Source: Bdellovibrionales bacterium (lineage in GTDB: Bacteria; Bdellovibrionota; Bdellovibrionia; Bdellovibrionales; UBA1609). Taken from it: DNA of 64,000 nt. The position numbers and the translations under genes were made by a program. The notes under the pieces are model-generated. The model was not told the DNA's origin. It made no database searches and saw only the letters and a list, made by a program, of their open reading frames with translations. The stretch spans positions 928,001 to 992,000 of the forward strand of contig CBDHDF010000011.1 of NCBI GenBank assembly GCA_965261545.1, read 5' to 3'. Numbering within the stretch: position 1 is the stretch's first letter; the number at the start of each line of letters is the position of its first letter. Shown piece after piece: positions 41,137-51,037 of this stretch.

Positions 41137-41409
41137 TCAATTAAAGTGATGTTCAGGCAAAGACCATTTGGTCTCTTCAATTAAAAGGTAAATCCATGCT
41201 CCACCAAAATAATCACCCGTGGGCATCTCATGGGCGTGAAGCCAAGCCTTTTTGATCTTTCCCCTGGTTCTTGAGACCCTTTTTTCCCTGTTGGGCTGGG
41301 CATTAAGGGAATAACCAGCCCTTTTTTCAAGAATCCCAGAAGTTTTTGTGTGGGCACAGCCTCCAAGGCTAATCAATAATGCGAGTAAGATATGAAAATA
41401 CTTTTTCAT
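41137..41409 (-). CDS. TraV-like lipoprotein
   Basis: Lipobox LGGC, RTRGKIKKAWLHAH...GD. Lies between traB and traC. Confidence 0.6.
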   Translation of the reverse strand: MKKYFHILLALLISLGGCAHTKTSGILEKRAGYSLNAQPNREKRVSRTRGKIKKAWLHAHEMPTGDYFGGAWIYLLIEETKWSLPEHHFN

Positions 41410-42732
41410 GGCGATTTCTCCTTTCATTTTTCATAAAGAAATTGTTGGGCAATAAGACTTTTTCCTGCATAACAATCCACACATCCTGGCCTGAATGGAC
41501 AGCTAAGGTGGGGATGAGAGAGGTGGCTTGTTTCAAGTACCAGTCACTCACCTTGGCGGCGGCTCCTTGGGCACCATTTTGCACAATGGTATTGGCGGAG
41601 TCTGGATTTGAACCCCCGATGTTTTGAGATCTGCGACTGATAATGTCTCCAATTCCATCCACTACAGATTTGAGGAAGGCCATTTGGGCCACACGACTTT
41701 GTTTGGAGTTCAGTTTGGCTTTAACGGCAAAGGTATTGTCTGAATCATCCGCAATAAAGCCATTCACCTTTCTTTCAAAGAATTTTCCTTTTTTGGAAAC
41801 ACATGAAAGGCGAGTGGCCTGAAAGTTAATTCGTTCGGTGGCCATGGATGGGGAACTCTTGGCAATCATGAAGCAGCCAGATAGATCCACTTTGTGCTTG
41901 TTGGGTCCAATATAGGAATAATCGAGAGCCAGAAGCACGGGATAGGTCTTACCCTCTGGGGCATCGACACCTGTCATCAGCTTGGCTTTGACATAGCTTC
42001 CTGTGGGCAAAGTGACTCCTTCTTCCACTCGCTGATGTTTTACAGGAAAGGAGATAACTCTGGGGCCTTTAGAGCTTTTGAAGTTTCCATGGTGGCGACG
42101 AGGCTTTCCTCTTGTTTGGAATATATGACTCCTGGGTGTGGGAGGACCGCCAAGGGAGAGTCGATTGTTCCCAAGGGGCAACTGATGGCTTCCTAGCAAG
42201 CCACTTCCACTTCCAACATGAATCCTCACAGGCTCGTCTTTGTGTGGCCCCATTTTCAGAACTCTTGTTTTTTCTGGCTCTGTCATTTTTTCTGAAGCTT
42301 GGGCATTTGAAGCCTGGGCATCAATTTTTTTCTTTTCAAGTAGAAGCTTTGGGTCTTCGTTTGTAGCACTCGTTTGTGGTCGTGGTGCTATAACTTTGCT
42401 TCCATCTGTTTTTCAAGTTCCCGGATCCTCGCTTCAAGAGCCTGACTTTCAGCCATGATCTTCTTGGCGGTTTTACTCAATTGCACCTCCTTGTTCTTGA
42501 GGTAAGATGAGGTTTGGGAACCGAAAATTCGACCCTCTTTAAAAACTGGTCTCTGGTGATCTCGGTAAATCACTTTCTTTGTCTCTGACATTTTGCTTGT
42601 GATATAGATAAGGCTCAGGCCAAGAAAAAGAAATAATCCCACTTTTGTCTTTGGATAAGCCAACAAAGACTTCTTTGCCGAACTGTATTGCCTTAAGGAG
42701 TGTTTAAAGAAATTCTTCACTAGTAGATTCAT
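41369..42732 (-). pseudogene. traB: TraB/TrbI (VirB10-like), split by a 1-nt frameshift near 42410
   Basis: LPTGSYVKAKLMTGVDAP and DLSGCF...ER. The N-terminal TM/coiled-coil ORF 42388-42732 joins if one A is added to a 5-A run. Confidence 0.78.
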
Positions 42733-43613
42733 ATTTGCCTTCCTTTCTTTGCATGTTTATTTTCTTCATATTGATTTTTTTCATGCTTAACAAAAGTTGG
42801 GATCATGAGGTCATTCACCGAAGCCGTTGGTTTGGCAACAATCTTTAAAAAAGTGCTACAAGTACTCCTTTTTGTTGGACATAACACCTCATGGTCAACA
42901 AGTGACATAATGGCCAAAGACGATCCTTTGAACTTCAGTTGATCTACCTCCACTTTAAACTTCACTGTGCTACAAACATTGCTGAGCCTAACAACAAAGC
43001 CCTTATATTCCTTCCCTGTATAAGTGCGGGTGAGTCTTGTTTTGATGCATCGAGGTCCCATGACCCGGAGGGGCGTGGTGAACAAGAGTCTGTTTTCTAC
43101 CCTGCGCTTGTATCCCACAATATTGTCATCCCTATCCATGGACCTCATAAAGTCCATGACAGTGATCGCTGGTAGGTTTTTCTCTGACTTCTTAAGTAAC
43201 ATGCTCTTTGGGCGTAAATCATAAAAAGGCTCCACAGAGTGATTGGAATCGCTAGAGTTGTTTGTGTTTTTCACAATTTTGATTTTTAGAGTCACCACGC
43301 TCCCATCACTGAGAACAAAGGCCACCTTTGAGGTGCCCTTTGTAAAACGGGGGCGAATGGAAAGCATGGAGTAGTCGGGGTCATTGGAATCGGCAGGCTT
43401 AATCTCAAATCTTTGGGCTTGAGAAATAGTTCGTACCTGTTTATGAAACCTGAAAATGGTCTCTTTGGAGATACGGACAAGCTCTGGTCTTGAACCATAG
43501 TAAATTTCTCTCGCCTGAGATGTGAGGGAAAAGAGAAGCAAGGCAAGAAAAACAAATACGACCAATAAAATATATAAGGTGATAAATAAGACATTGCATA
43601 AATATTTATTCAT
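42729..43613 (-). CDS. TraK-like secreted protein
   Basis: Signal peptide ending SQA. Position between the traE-like gene and traB. Confidence 0.5.
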   Translation of the reverse strand: MNKYLCNVLFITLYILLVVFVFLALLLFSLTSQAREIYYGSRPELVRISKETIFRFHKQVRTISQAQRFEIKPADSNDPDYSMLSIRPRFTKGTSKVAFVLSDGSVVTLKIKIVKNTNNSSDSNHSVEPFYDLRPKSMLLKKSEKNLPAITVMDFMRSMDRDDNIVGYKRRVENRLLFTTPLRVMGPRCIKTRLTRTYTGKEYKGFVVRLSNVCSTVKFKVEVDQLKFKGSSLAIMSLVDHEVLCPTKRSTCSTFLKIVAKPTASVNDLMIPTFVKHEKNQYEENKHAKKGRQI

Positions 43614-43615
43614 GG

Positions 43616-44527
43616 TTACCTCTTTCCTTGGGGGTTATTGGTGATTTCTTTTCCTCTAAAGGAGTTGGCTTCTGTACGAGTGAGAGAGGTGATTTGCAAG
43701 AACCACTTTTTACCCTGCTTGGGGGGAATCAGCTTTAAGACCATTTCAATAACCTCATCAGTTCTTCCCATGTACTCATTGTTGGCGTAACGCTCCCTTG
43801 TCGTGATGGCAACCACCTTGTAATGACCTCGCTCATTGGATACTATCTCCTTGTCTGTCACCTTTAAGACTTCAGAAATATTCTCCATTTTCACCATCTC
43901 AGCCCACTCTGATATTTCCATATCAAAGCGAACCTTAAGGTCGTGGGACATATAACTGGAGAGTTCCGTGTATTGCCCATCAATGTTGACGGGGTTGATA
44001 TTCCCAAGGATTCTTAAAAAGGACATGACAGCGTTTTCCACATAACCATCGGTGACAGTTTGAGGAGAGGCTGGTGTGAAGTCCACAACTCCTGGGGCCA
44101 AGATATACTCCTTTTCTCTAAGCTTTGAATGAAGGTTTCCGATTTCATATCTGGTCACAACAAAGTAAACACCCAAGACCCCAATGAGCAGAAGAATGAT
44201 ATTTTGCAATAAAATCTTCTCCTTCAATAAAGCGGCCTTAAAGCATAAATACTTGGGCAAGACCTTAAGGTTCACCCCATCATAGGAGCCCGCAGGTGGT
44301 GAACTCACTTGAGAGGATTGGATGCCTTTTTCCATAGCTCCCACCATACTACTTACCACTTCCTGACACTTCTTTTTTGCTGCCTTGAGCTTTGTAAGGA
44401 CTTTCGTTCTCAATGATGGTACGAATGTAATTGGTCGGGAAAATGCATGTCTTAATGACTTGAACAACAAATGATTTTCCATCCTTAGATTTAAAAGCCT
44501 TGACTTCTTCAATGGGTCTTCTTGCAT
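43616..44527 (-). CDS. TraE/VirB8-like protein
   Basis: Single TM segment, YILAPG, GNINPVNID. Start MQEDP after GGAGG. Confidence 0.6.
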   Translation of the reverse strand: MQEDPLKKSRLLNLRMENHLLFKSLRHAFSRPITFVPSLRTKVLTKLKAAKKKCQEVVSSMVGAMEKGIQSSQVSSPPAGSYDGVNLKVLPKYLCFKAALLKEKILLQNIILLLIGVLGVYFVVTRYEIGNLHSKLREKEYILAPGVVDFTPASPQTVTDGYVENAVMSFLRILGNINPVNIDGQYTELSSYMSHDLKVRFDMEISEWAEMVKMENISEVLKVTDKEIVSNERGHYKVVAITTRERYANNEYMGRTDEVIEMVLKLIPPKQGKKWFLQITSLTRTEANSFRGKEITNNPQGKR

Positions 44528-44691
44528 AAAATCCTCCATCTTTCTTTTTGGAAATTATTTGTTTGTTGGTATTGGCTTGCTTGCTGGCAGTTGTCTGGTT
44601 ATTGGTAATCATTTTATTCTTATTTTCTTTATTTTTGTGAGTCATTGTGACCTCCTGGTTACGGTTATGGTTAGATGTTTATATTAAATGC

Positions 44692-45003
44692 TTAATCAGA
44701 GTATTTTTTCTTTCCTTTCGGGTTCATAAGAGCTGGTAGGCTCATGTTCCATCGACTGTAAGGCCAATGAAGGAAAATGCCTTTGTGATTCCTTCTCTTT
44801 ATTACCGGCCCTATTCCCAAAAACAGTAATAATAGGATGAACATAGTCCACCATGAATAAAAGATGACCCCAAATATCAAGATGATAAAGAGGGCTATAA
44901 AGACATCACTTAACTCCCAAAAGTCGAACACAGTGATGGGTGAGTCGATGGATTGAGCCACCTTTCTCCCATGTCTTGCTTTAATCAATGCATAATCGTA
45001 CAT
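44692..45003 (-). CDS. TraL/VirB3-like membrane protein
   Basis: IDSPITVFDFWELSD, two TM segments, GIFLHWPY. RBS AGGAGG. Confidence 0.6.
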   Translation of the reverse strand: MYDYALIKARHGRKVAQSIDSPITVFDFWELSDVFIALFIILIFGVIFYSWWTMFILLLLFLGIGPVIKRRNHKGIFLHWPYSRWNMSLPALMNPKGKKKYSD

Positions 45004-45023
45004 AATGAAACCTCCTTTCTGGT

Positions 45024-45416
45024 TTAGTTAAAAATCCCATTTCCTCCACCAATGGAGAAAATATTTTCTACCCAAACGGGGGCTGTTCCGAGAATAATGG
45101 CAGCAATGATGCAAACAATGGCAACTCCAAACCTTTGCTCCTTGAGATTATACCCTGCTGATAGGATGCTGATTCCTGAAAACAGCCTTGCCCCCCACTT
45201 AAAAAGGGCTGTGTCGACAATTCTTAGGACTGTACCAGCGGCTTCCAGTTGGTCCGAAGCATCTGTTCCCGGAATCCGAGGGCCTGCATAGGCCATAGAA
45301 ACCATTGTCAATAAAAGCAGTAGTAGTAGTAGTAAAAGATTTCGATGTGTTGGGTCTTTGCCAAAGAAATTGGCTGGAGTTGTTTGACACATATATTTTG
45401 CAAACATGACATCCAT
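45024..45416 (-). CDS. TraA/VirB2-like pilin
   Basis: Signal peptide ending AYA followed by two hydrophobic helices. Start uncertain (ORF track gives 45629). Confidence 0.55.
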   Translation of the reverse strand: MDVMFAKYMCQTTPANFFGKDPTHRNLLLLLLLLLLTMVSMAYAGPRIPGTDASDQLEAAGTVLRIVDTALFKWGARLFSGISILSAGYNLKEQRFGVAIVCIIAAIILGTAPVWVENIFSIGGGNGIFN

Positions 45417-45625
45417 AGTTTTTTCTCCTTGTTCTTGGTTGGATTTCTCACCATCATTATTATGAATGAGATGAGGGGTGGGGTTAGGGGTGAAATTAGA
45501 AATGAGTTCCAAATTATGAGTAGAATTGGAATTATAAGGAGAACTCATATTATAGGAATTTTTAAAGCCTTTTGAGTTATGACCCTTGTGTTTTGTTTTA
45601 AACATTGTCTGGCAAACAGGATAAA

Positions 45626-46485
45626 TCATAGTTTTTCTCCTTTTTCTAGTAGGGCAATCATTGAATTGGCACCTTGGAAACCAATAATGGCTGGGTAAAG
45701 GACTTTCTTTTTTAAATCCGCAACAAGTGTGAAGGGTACAGATTCAATCTTGTGCTTTTTTATCTCATCTCTTGTGGCTTTTTGTATGGGAAGTGGAAAA
45801 GAGTTTTTCTTAAAATCTCTGTCATCCACCTGTCGAGCCTCAATATAGATTCCACGATTTTGTAATTTTAGGAGAGTCTTAAACATTCGTTTGCATGAGG
45901 GACATTTAGAATCAAAATACATTCTGACCCTGTATCTTGAGGGATCAAATGAGATTTTTGGACTTTGGATTTTTTTCTGAAGAACTTGGCGAGCTTCAGG
46001 GGTGTATTTTGAGTTTTTACTCAAATACTCTTTGATCCTCTGTTGAAGTCGCTTATTGAGGGAGCTTTTCACCTTGTTGTAGGCCATCCAATTTCTGATA
46101 TTCTCATTCGTTGGGTTGCGGGCAAGCTCTATAAAAGGCTCTGGAGGTTTGTAGCTTCCTTCCTTGAAGAACTCATCATTTTGAGGGTTGAGGTACTTTT
46201 CCCAGTCAAATGGCTTTGATGTTTTCTTCGTTTCTTTGTCTTTCTGAGTTTTTTTGTATTCTTTGGCTTCTGTCTCTTCTTTATCTTTTTTACTTTGGAA
46301 CTCGTTGGTGGTCGTAGTTCCTAGTTCTTTTTTCTCGTTTTACCCCAGTAATCAATGCCATCAGGAAAATATTTTATTTCTTGGTCATTGGTTTGAGGTG
46401 AAATATTTCGGCTTGCCTGGATTGAGGTGAGGCAAGAAATAAACAATAGATTGAAAAGAAACAATCGCTTGATAGGGTTATTCAC
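45626..46485 (-). pseudogene. TraF-like thioredoxin-fold protein, frameshifted near 46340
   Basis: GTG at 46485 with RBS and signal peptide. ARNPTNENIRNWM and CPSC lie in the downstream frame. Confidence 0.65.
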
Positions 46486-47662
46486 AGTTTAATACCTCCT
46501 GATAATCAATAAGACTGTTTTGAGCCTTTGAGACGTACTCGTCAAGAAGGCTCTTTTTGGGTTTCAATGATTTGGGTTGTGCTAATTCAGATTTTGTAAG
46601 GTATTCCATAACGGGGATTCTTCCCACAACTCCCTTTTTGCACCTTTGGCATCCCTTGGAGTTTATTTGTCGGAAATCTCCCTTCAGTGCGAGAGGGGCA
46701 AGGGCATGGATTTTTCTCACATCTTGGGAGGTCACTCTATTTGAACAAAAGGGACAGATTTTTTTCACAAGTCGTTGAACCGCACAGAACCTCAAGTTGG
46801 ATTCAAGCATGTAGGGTTCCACTCCCATATTTCGTAGGCGTTCAATGACTTTCACTGCACTGTTGGCATGGAGGGTGGAAATCACCAGGTGCCCGGTGGC
46901 TGAAGCTTTAAAGCAAAGGTCTGCGGTTTCCCAATCTCGTATTTCACCAACAAAAATAATATCAGGGTCTTGACGGAGCACAGCCCTCAATCCATCGGCA
47001 AAAGACAGGGAGTCTTTAATTTCAATCTGATTGATTCCTTGAAAGCTATATTCCACAGGGTCTTCCAGTGAGACGATGTTCTTTCGTTCTTTGTCAAGGG
47101 AGTTGAGGAGGCTGAAAAGTGTTCTTGTTTTTCCGCTTCCTGTGGGTCCAGAAACAAGAATCACTCCATTGGGCTCATTGGCTGAGTTTCTAAGGTCAAA
47201 GACAGCATCATCACTGAGGTTGGATGACTCCAGATTAAAATCCGTTGTCATATCAAGAAGGCGGAGAACAATCTTCTCCCCATACAGTGTGGGGGTGGAG
47301 TTGACTCTCAAGGCTAATTTCCATGAAGGAAGTGACAAACGGCTGTCTTGTGGTCTATTGCTGATAGCAATAGACAGGTTGCAAAGCCTTTTGGTCTCCT
47401 GAATGAAGCTTTGCCGATAATCTCTAGTGAGGGTCTTGTGAGTAAAGAGGTCGCCATTGACTCTTATTCTTATGGCAAGCCCATTGGCATGGGGTTCAAT
47501 ATGAATATCACTTGCAGATTGCTTTTGGGCATGTTGCAAGGTCTCTCGGAAAAGTGAGGTGTAAGGACCACAGTTGGCCATTTTTTCTTCACTGGTTTGT
47601 TTGCGTTCCATTGTGATTTGGGTCATCTTATCTTCCCTATTTTTTTCATTCTTTTGATTCAC
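46478..47662 (-). CDS. GspE/PilB-family secretion ATPase
   Basis: ASDIHIEP, PQDSR, GEKIVLRLL, GPTGSGKT, LEDPVEY, LRQDPDII.VGEIRD, TGHLVISTLH, CPFC...CQRC. Confidence 0.92.
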   Translation of the reverse strand: MNQKNEKNREDKMTQITMERKQTSEEKMANCGPYTSLFRETLQHAQKQSASDIHIEPHANGLAIRIRVNGDLFTHKTLTRDYRQSFIQETKRLCNLSIAISNRPQDSRLSLPSWKLALRVNSTPTLYGEKIVLRLLDMTTDFNLESSNLSDDAVFDLRNSANEPNGVILVSGPTGSGKTRTLFSLLNSLDKERKNIVSLEDPVEYSFQGINQIEIKDSLSFADGLRAVLRQDPDIIFVGEIRDWETADLCFKASATGHLVISTLHANSAVKVIERLRNMGVEPYMLESNLRFCAVQRLVKKICPFCSNRVTSQDVRKIHALAPLALKGDFRQINSKGCQRCKKGVVGRIPVMEYLTKSELAQPKSLKPKKSLLDEYVSKAQNSLIDYQEVLNCE

Positions 47663-47663
47663 C

Positions 47664-50600
47664 TTACTTTTTCAGTCCTTTTTCTAGTTCTTGGCAGGTG
47701 GGTTTCATGGCGGCAATAACTGCTTTTGAAATTGCAATATGGGCGATGTCACGAACGCAACTGACAGGTTTGTAGATCACAAATAAATATCCTGTTAAGC
47801 GACCTCCCATAAGACGTCCTATTTCTCTCACATTTTTAATGGTGTCGAGGAGGGCAATATTTTGTCCCTCACGAAAGCAAGAACTGGACCCTGGACTTAT
47901 CATTTGCCAGGTTTCCCCAAAGCTTGAGGGTGTGGCCATAAAGATTTCTGATGAAATCGACTTCATCCGTGAAGCGATCATCAAGGCCCCGGTGAGAGTG
48001 GCCGGCCCGTTGTAACTGCCCATTCTTGGGTAAAAAACTCCCCAACCATTGCAGGCAGAATGGCCGGAGGGCGGAAATATGGGAAGCTGGGGAAGCTTCA
48101 CGCTGCACATGGGAGAATCGGGGGCATAAGAAGCATCCGTCCCTCCTGTTGCCGAAGTCACGGCCCCTTTGATAAGACAGGCTTTGGGAGCCAGCGACCA
48201 TGCAAGAAAATTCGGTTGGAAGCTGTCGCTGATCCCAGTGGACCAGTGCTTATGAATATGCTCGCTCATTCCATCAAAGCACAGCTTGGGAATCCGAATT
48301 CCACCACAGGGAAGTATGCCAAATGGAATCTGAGCAAGAGGCACGGAGAGGGTTCTGGCATGATAGGATTGGGTGTCTTCATCGTTGGCCACTCCAAAGG
48401 GAGCAAGAGTTTTCACAGTGGACAACTGGAGGGCTGCGCCTGGGAGCTTGTGGAAATGTGAGTGACCTGCACGGGGTGAGACTTCAATAAAAGTTTGAGG
48501 GACATTGTAGCTGAAGCGAGCACAAGGGCGTGGTGGGAAACCACACATTGTCATTGAGTATTTGAAGTTTAGGCAAGAGTTAAATTCCACAGTATTGACG
48601 ATCGAGCAGATATTGGGGAAAGCTTGGGCCTTGTGAGTCAATGCCAGAGGAGTTATGAGAGTCACAAGGGTCAGGCATAAAGAAGGCCGGAGAGGCTTTT
48701 TTTGAAGCCACTTAAGGACTTTTGTGTGCTTGGTGTTTTGCTTTTTGAGAAAATAGGGTTTTAAGAAAAGTTTATAGAAGTTAGTTTCTATGCCATCATA
48801 CACTTGCACAAAGGCTTCAAAGGACTTGAGCCTTGAAAAGTCCTTTCCTGTGATGAGGAATTCCTTTTGTTGGCTGGTACTGATGGATTCGTTAATATTG
48901 GCATCCTTTGAGTCAAAGCCACCGAGAATGAAGTTCCGAGTGGTCCTTTGAGATTGCTCAGAAAGGCTGCGACTGGTTTTCTCCTGATCCTCTTGGCCCA
49001 TCAATTCTTTAAAGTTACGAATGGTGTCAATGTCGGAAGAATGGCAAGCAATCCTTGTACGAAAGTTTTGGATCAGTTCCTTGGCTGCTGTCTCACTGCC
49101 AATGGCATTGTAAATGGAACTTAGGCTCTGGGAGGCTGCGAGAAAGAAGAAATTGGCCTCACGACCCTTGGCACATATTTTATCATCACCCATGGAGCCT
49201 CCATGGCCAACGGAGACGATATCTTGGTACTCATCAGCGATCAGGGCTGTCAGAATGTTTCTGGGGCGGCTGGTGTCTTTTAGACGGTTTAATACAGACC
49301 TCTCATAGTGGAGCTTAATAAAAGTGCCCATGGAGCGGCAAAGGGCCTCATGGTTTACATTGAAAAGAAGAACTTTTCCATTATCAACAATCTCATCCAT
49401 GGATGGGATCGTGAGGTCTTCTTTTTTGGGACAGAAGATTTGAGCCGCCTTGTAGTTTTGGAATTGATTGAGAAATGTGGTGGAACTCACCAAAACGCCA
49501 GACCTGAACTTGTCTTCAAAGAGTGAGTATTCCTTGAAATATTGGAGGGCGCACTGGATGTTGTATCTTTCCTCCTCATCAAAGCGGTTCTTGTCCAAAG
49601 ATGCTTTTAGGTTTTGCGTGACTTCTGTTGAGTCTGCGATGAGCATGGTTTTGTAGCAATCAAGCAAGGTGAAGTAATCAAATACGGCGGCACAGTAGAC
49701 GATGACATTTTTTGTAAGGTTGAAAGCGGAGTCCTCCCAAATGGGTGACTCGTTGGATTTGCCTGAAAAGTTCTTTGCCGCAGCCCTTATCATATTGGCA
49801 ACTTCCAAATAGTTTGAATTTTTCAAGGTGTTGTCAATATAGACGGGGTTAAATGTTTGTATAGACTCCCCTGCGGAGCCGGGGGCCTTGATATCTCCAA
49901 GGTAAACGCACTGATCTACCAGGTCATGTTTTTGAAGTATTTTGGAAGCCTTTTCAATAAAACTGCCCTTGGGGTCGAGTATCAAGGCGGCTGGTTTGCG
50001 TGAAAATTGGGTAAAGAGTTGGTCGACATAGTTCAAGATAGTCCCTTGTGTCTTTCCAGTCCCTATGGAGCCTGTGACTAAAATATTTCCATTCAATGCT
50101 TTTTGAGGAATAGTGAGCCACTTCGGACGCTCCGTTTTGTCAAATGCATCTGTCTCCTCTCCAATAGAACCTAAAGTGAGTCCATCCCTAAAGCGTGATT
50201 TTCTGGGCAGTGTTTTATCGAGCTTAAGGAACCTTTGGGTTATTAATAAAATAGAAATTGATCCATACAAGACAATGCTTAAGGATAGTAAGAATGAGCT
50301 ATTAAGAAATATACTAAGATATTGGAGAATTCTCTGAGAAAAAATATCCCCATAGAATGAGAGGCTATGTGCTGTATATAACTCAAATGGCTTCCAAAAT
50401 AGGCCGGCCAACAGTAGGCAAAGCAGAGTTTTTGCAAGAACTTCTGTTCCATTCATTTTTTCCTTTTTGATGCTTCGCAAACGACTCCCTTGCTTTTTAT
50501 AGCCCAAGACTCTTTCAAGGATGAGTGTCATCATCAGGGCATTGACGGAGACAGAAGCCAAGCCTATGAGGAGAAAGTCTTGTGTCTCCTCAAAAGCCTT

Positions 50601-50768
50601 TTCAAGGTGAATCCAGTGCAACACAATGGACTCATAGTGACTCAGGCCAAAAAGTGTTAGGAGAACAAGGGCGAGAAGGGCAATGGCTGCTAGGGGAGAA
50701 ATGTCATTTTTTTTCATTTGTGACCTCTTGTGTGAGACTTGTGAGATTGCATGTTCTTTGTAAAGCAT
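47664..50768 (-). CDS. Type IV coupling protein (TraD/VirD4-like) with a C-terminal Cys-rich TraU-like domain
   Basis: N-terminal TMs, GSIGTGKT, ILDPKG, LIADEYQ, ASQSLS. Then a hydrophobic segment ending KAQA and a Cys-rich domain with GWGVFYPRMG and WQMISP. Confidence 0.8.
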   Translation of the reverse strand: MLYKEHAISQVSHKRSQMKKNDISPLAAIALLALVLLTLFGLSHYESIVLHWIHLEKAFEETQDFLLIGLASVSVNALMMTLILERVLGYKKQGSRLRSIKKEKMNGTEVLAKTLLCLLLAGLFWKPFELYTAHSLSFYGDIFSQRILQYLSIFLNSSFLLSLSIVLYGSISILLITQRFLKLDKTLPRKSRFRDGLTLGSIGEETDAFDKTERPKWLTIPQKALNGNILVTGSIGTGKTQGTILNYVDQLFTQFSRKPAALILDPKGSFIEKASKILQKHDLVDQCVYLGDIKAPGSAGESIQTFNPVYIDNTLKNSNYLEVANMIRAAAKNFSGKSNESPIWEDSAFNLTKNVIVYCAAVFDYFTLLDCYKTMLIADSTEVTQNLKASLDKNRFDEEERYNIQCALQYFKEYSLFEDKFRSGVLVSSTTFLNQFQNYKAAQIFCPKKEDLTIPSMDEIVDNGKVLLFNVNHEALCRSMGTFIKLHYERSVLNRLKDTSRPRNILTALIADEYQDIVSVGHGGSMGDDKICAKGREANFFFLAASQSLSSIYNAIGSETAAKELIQNFRTRIACHSSDIDTIRNFKELMGQEDQEKTSRSLSEQSQRTTRNFILGGFDSKDANINESISTSQQKEFLITGKDFSRLKSFEAFVQVYDGIETNFYKLFLKPYFLKKQNTKHTKVLKWLQKKPLRPSLCLTLVTLITPLALTHKAQAFPNICSIVNTVEFNSCLNFKYSMTMCGFPPRPCARFSYNVPQTFIEVSPRAGHSHFHKLPGAALQLSTVKTLAPFGVANDEDTQSYHARTLSVPLAQIPFGILPCGGIRIPKLCFDGMSEHIHKHWSTGISDSFQPNFLAWSLAPKACLIKGAVTSATGGTDASYAPDSPMCSVKLPQLPIFPPSGHSACNGWGVFYPRMGSYNGPATLTGALMIASRMKSISSEIFMATPSSFGETWQMISPGSSSCFREGQNIALLDTIKNVREIGRLMGGRLTGYLFVIYKPVSCVRDIAHIAISKAVIAAMKPTCQELEKGLKK

Positions 50769-50932
50769 CGCTCTTTCAGGTTAAATTCAATATTGGCACA
50801 GCTCCCATCATGGACCTGAATCACAAAGCTCCCGTACTTCATAGGGAAGTGTGCTTTCTTGGACACATGTGCAATGAGCCTCTCAACAGCTTCTTTGATG
50901 ATTATTTCGTCTTTCACATTTTCTAAATTCAT
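50714..50932 (-). CDS. Small DUF2292/YezD-like protein
   Basis: MKYGSFVIQVHDG...IE motif. Confidence 0.55.
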   Translation of the reverse strand: MNLENVKDEIIIKEAVERLIAHVSKKAHFPMKYGSFVIQVHDGSCANIEFNLKERCFTKNMQSHKSHTRGHK

Positions 50933-51037
50933 TTGACTGATTCCTTCTTTATTCCTTGTGGAATGATTAAAAATGGTATTCGTTTTTTTAATCGCTTCAG
51001 TTCACTCGAACTTCTTAGTATTTCTGAGCCTTTTAGA

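Noticed and set aside
44349..44645. 98-aa ORF with strong RBS overlapping the traE-like gene
   Set aside because: Low complexity and long out-of-frame overlap. It cannot be supported, though it is not excluded.
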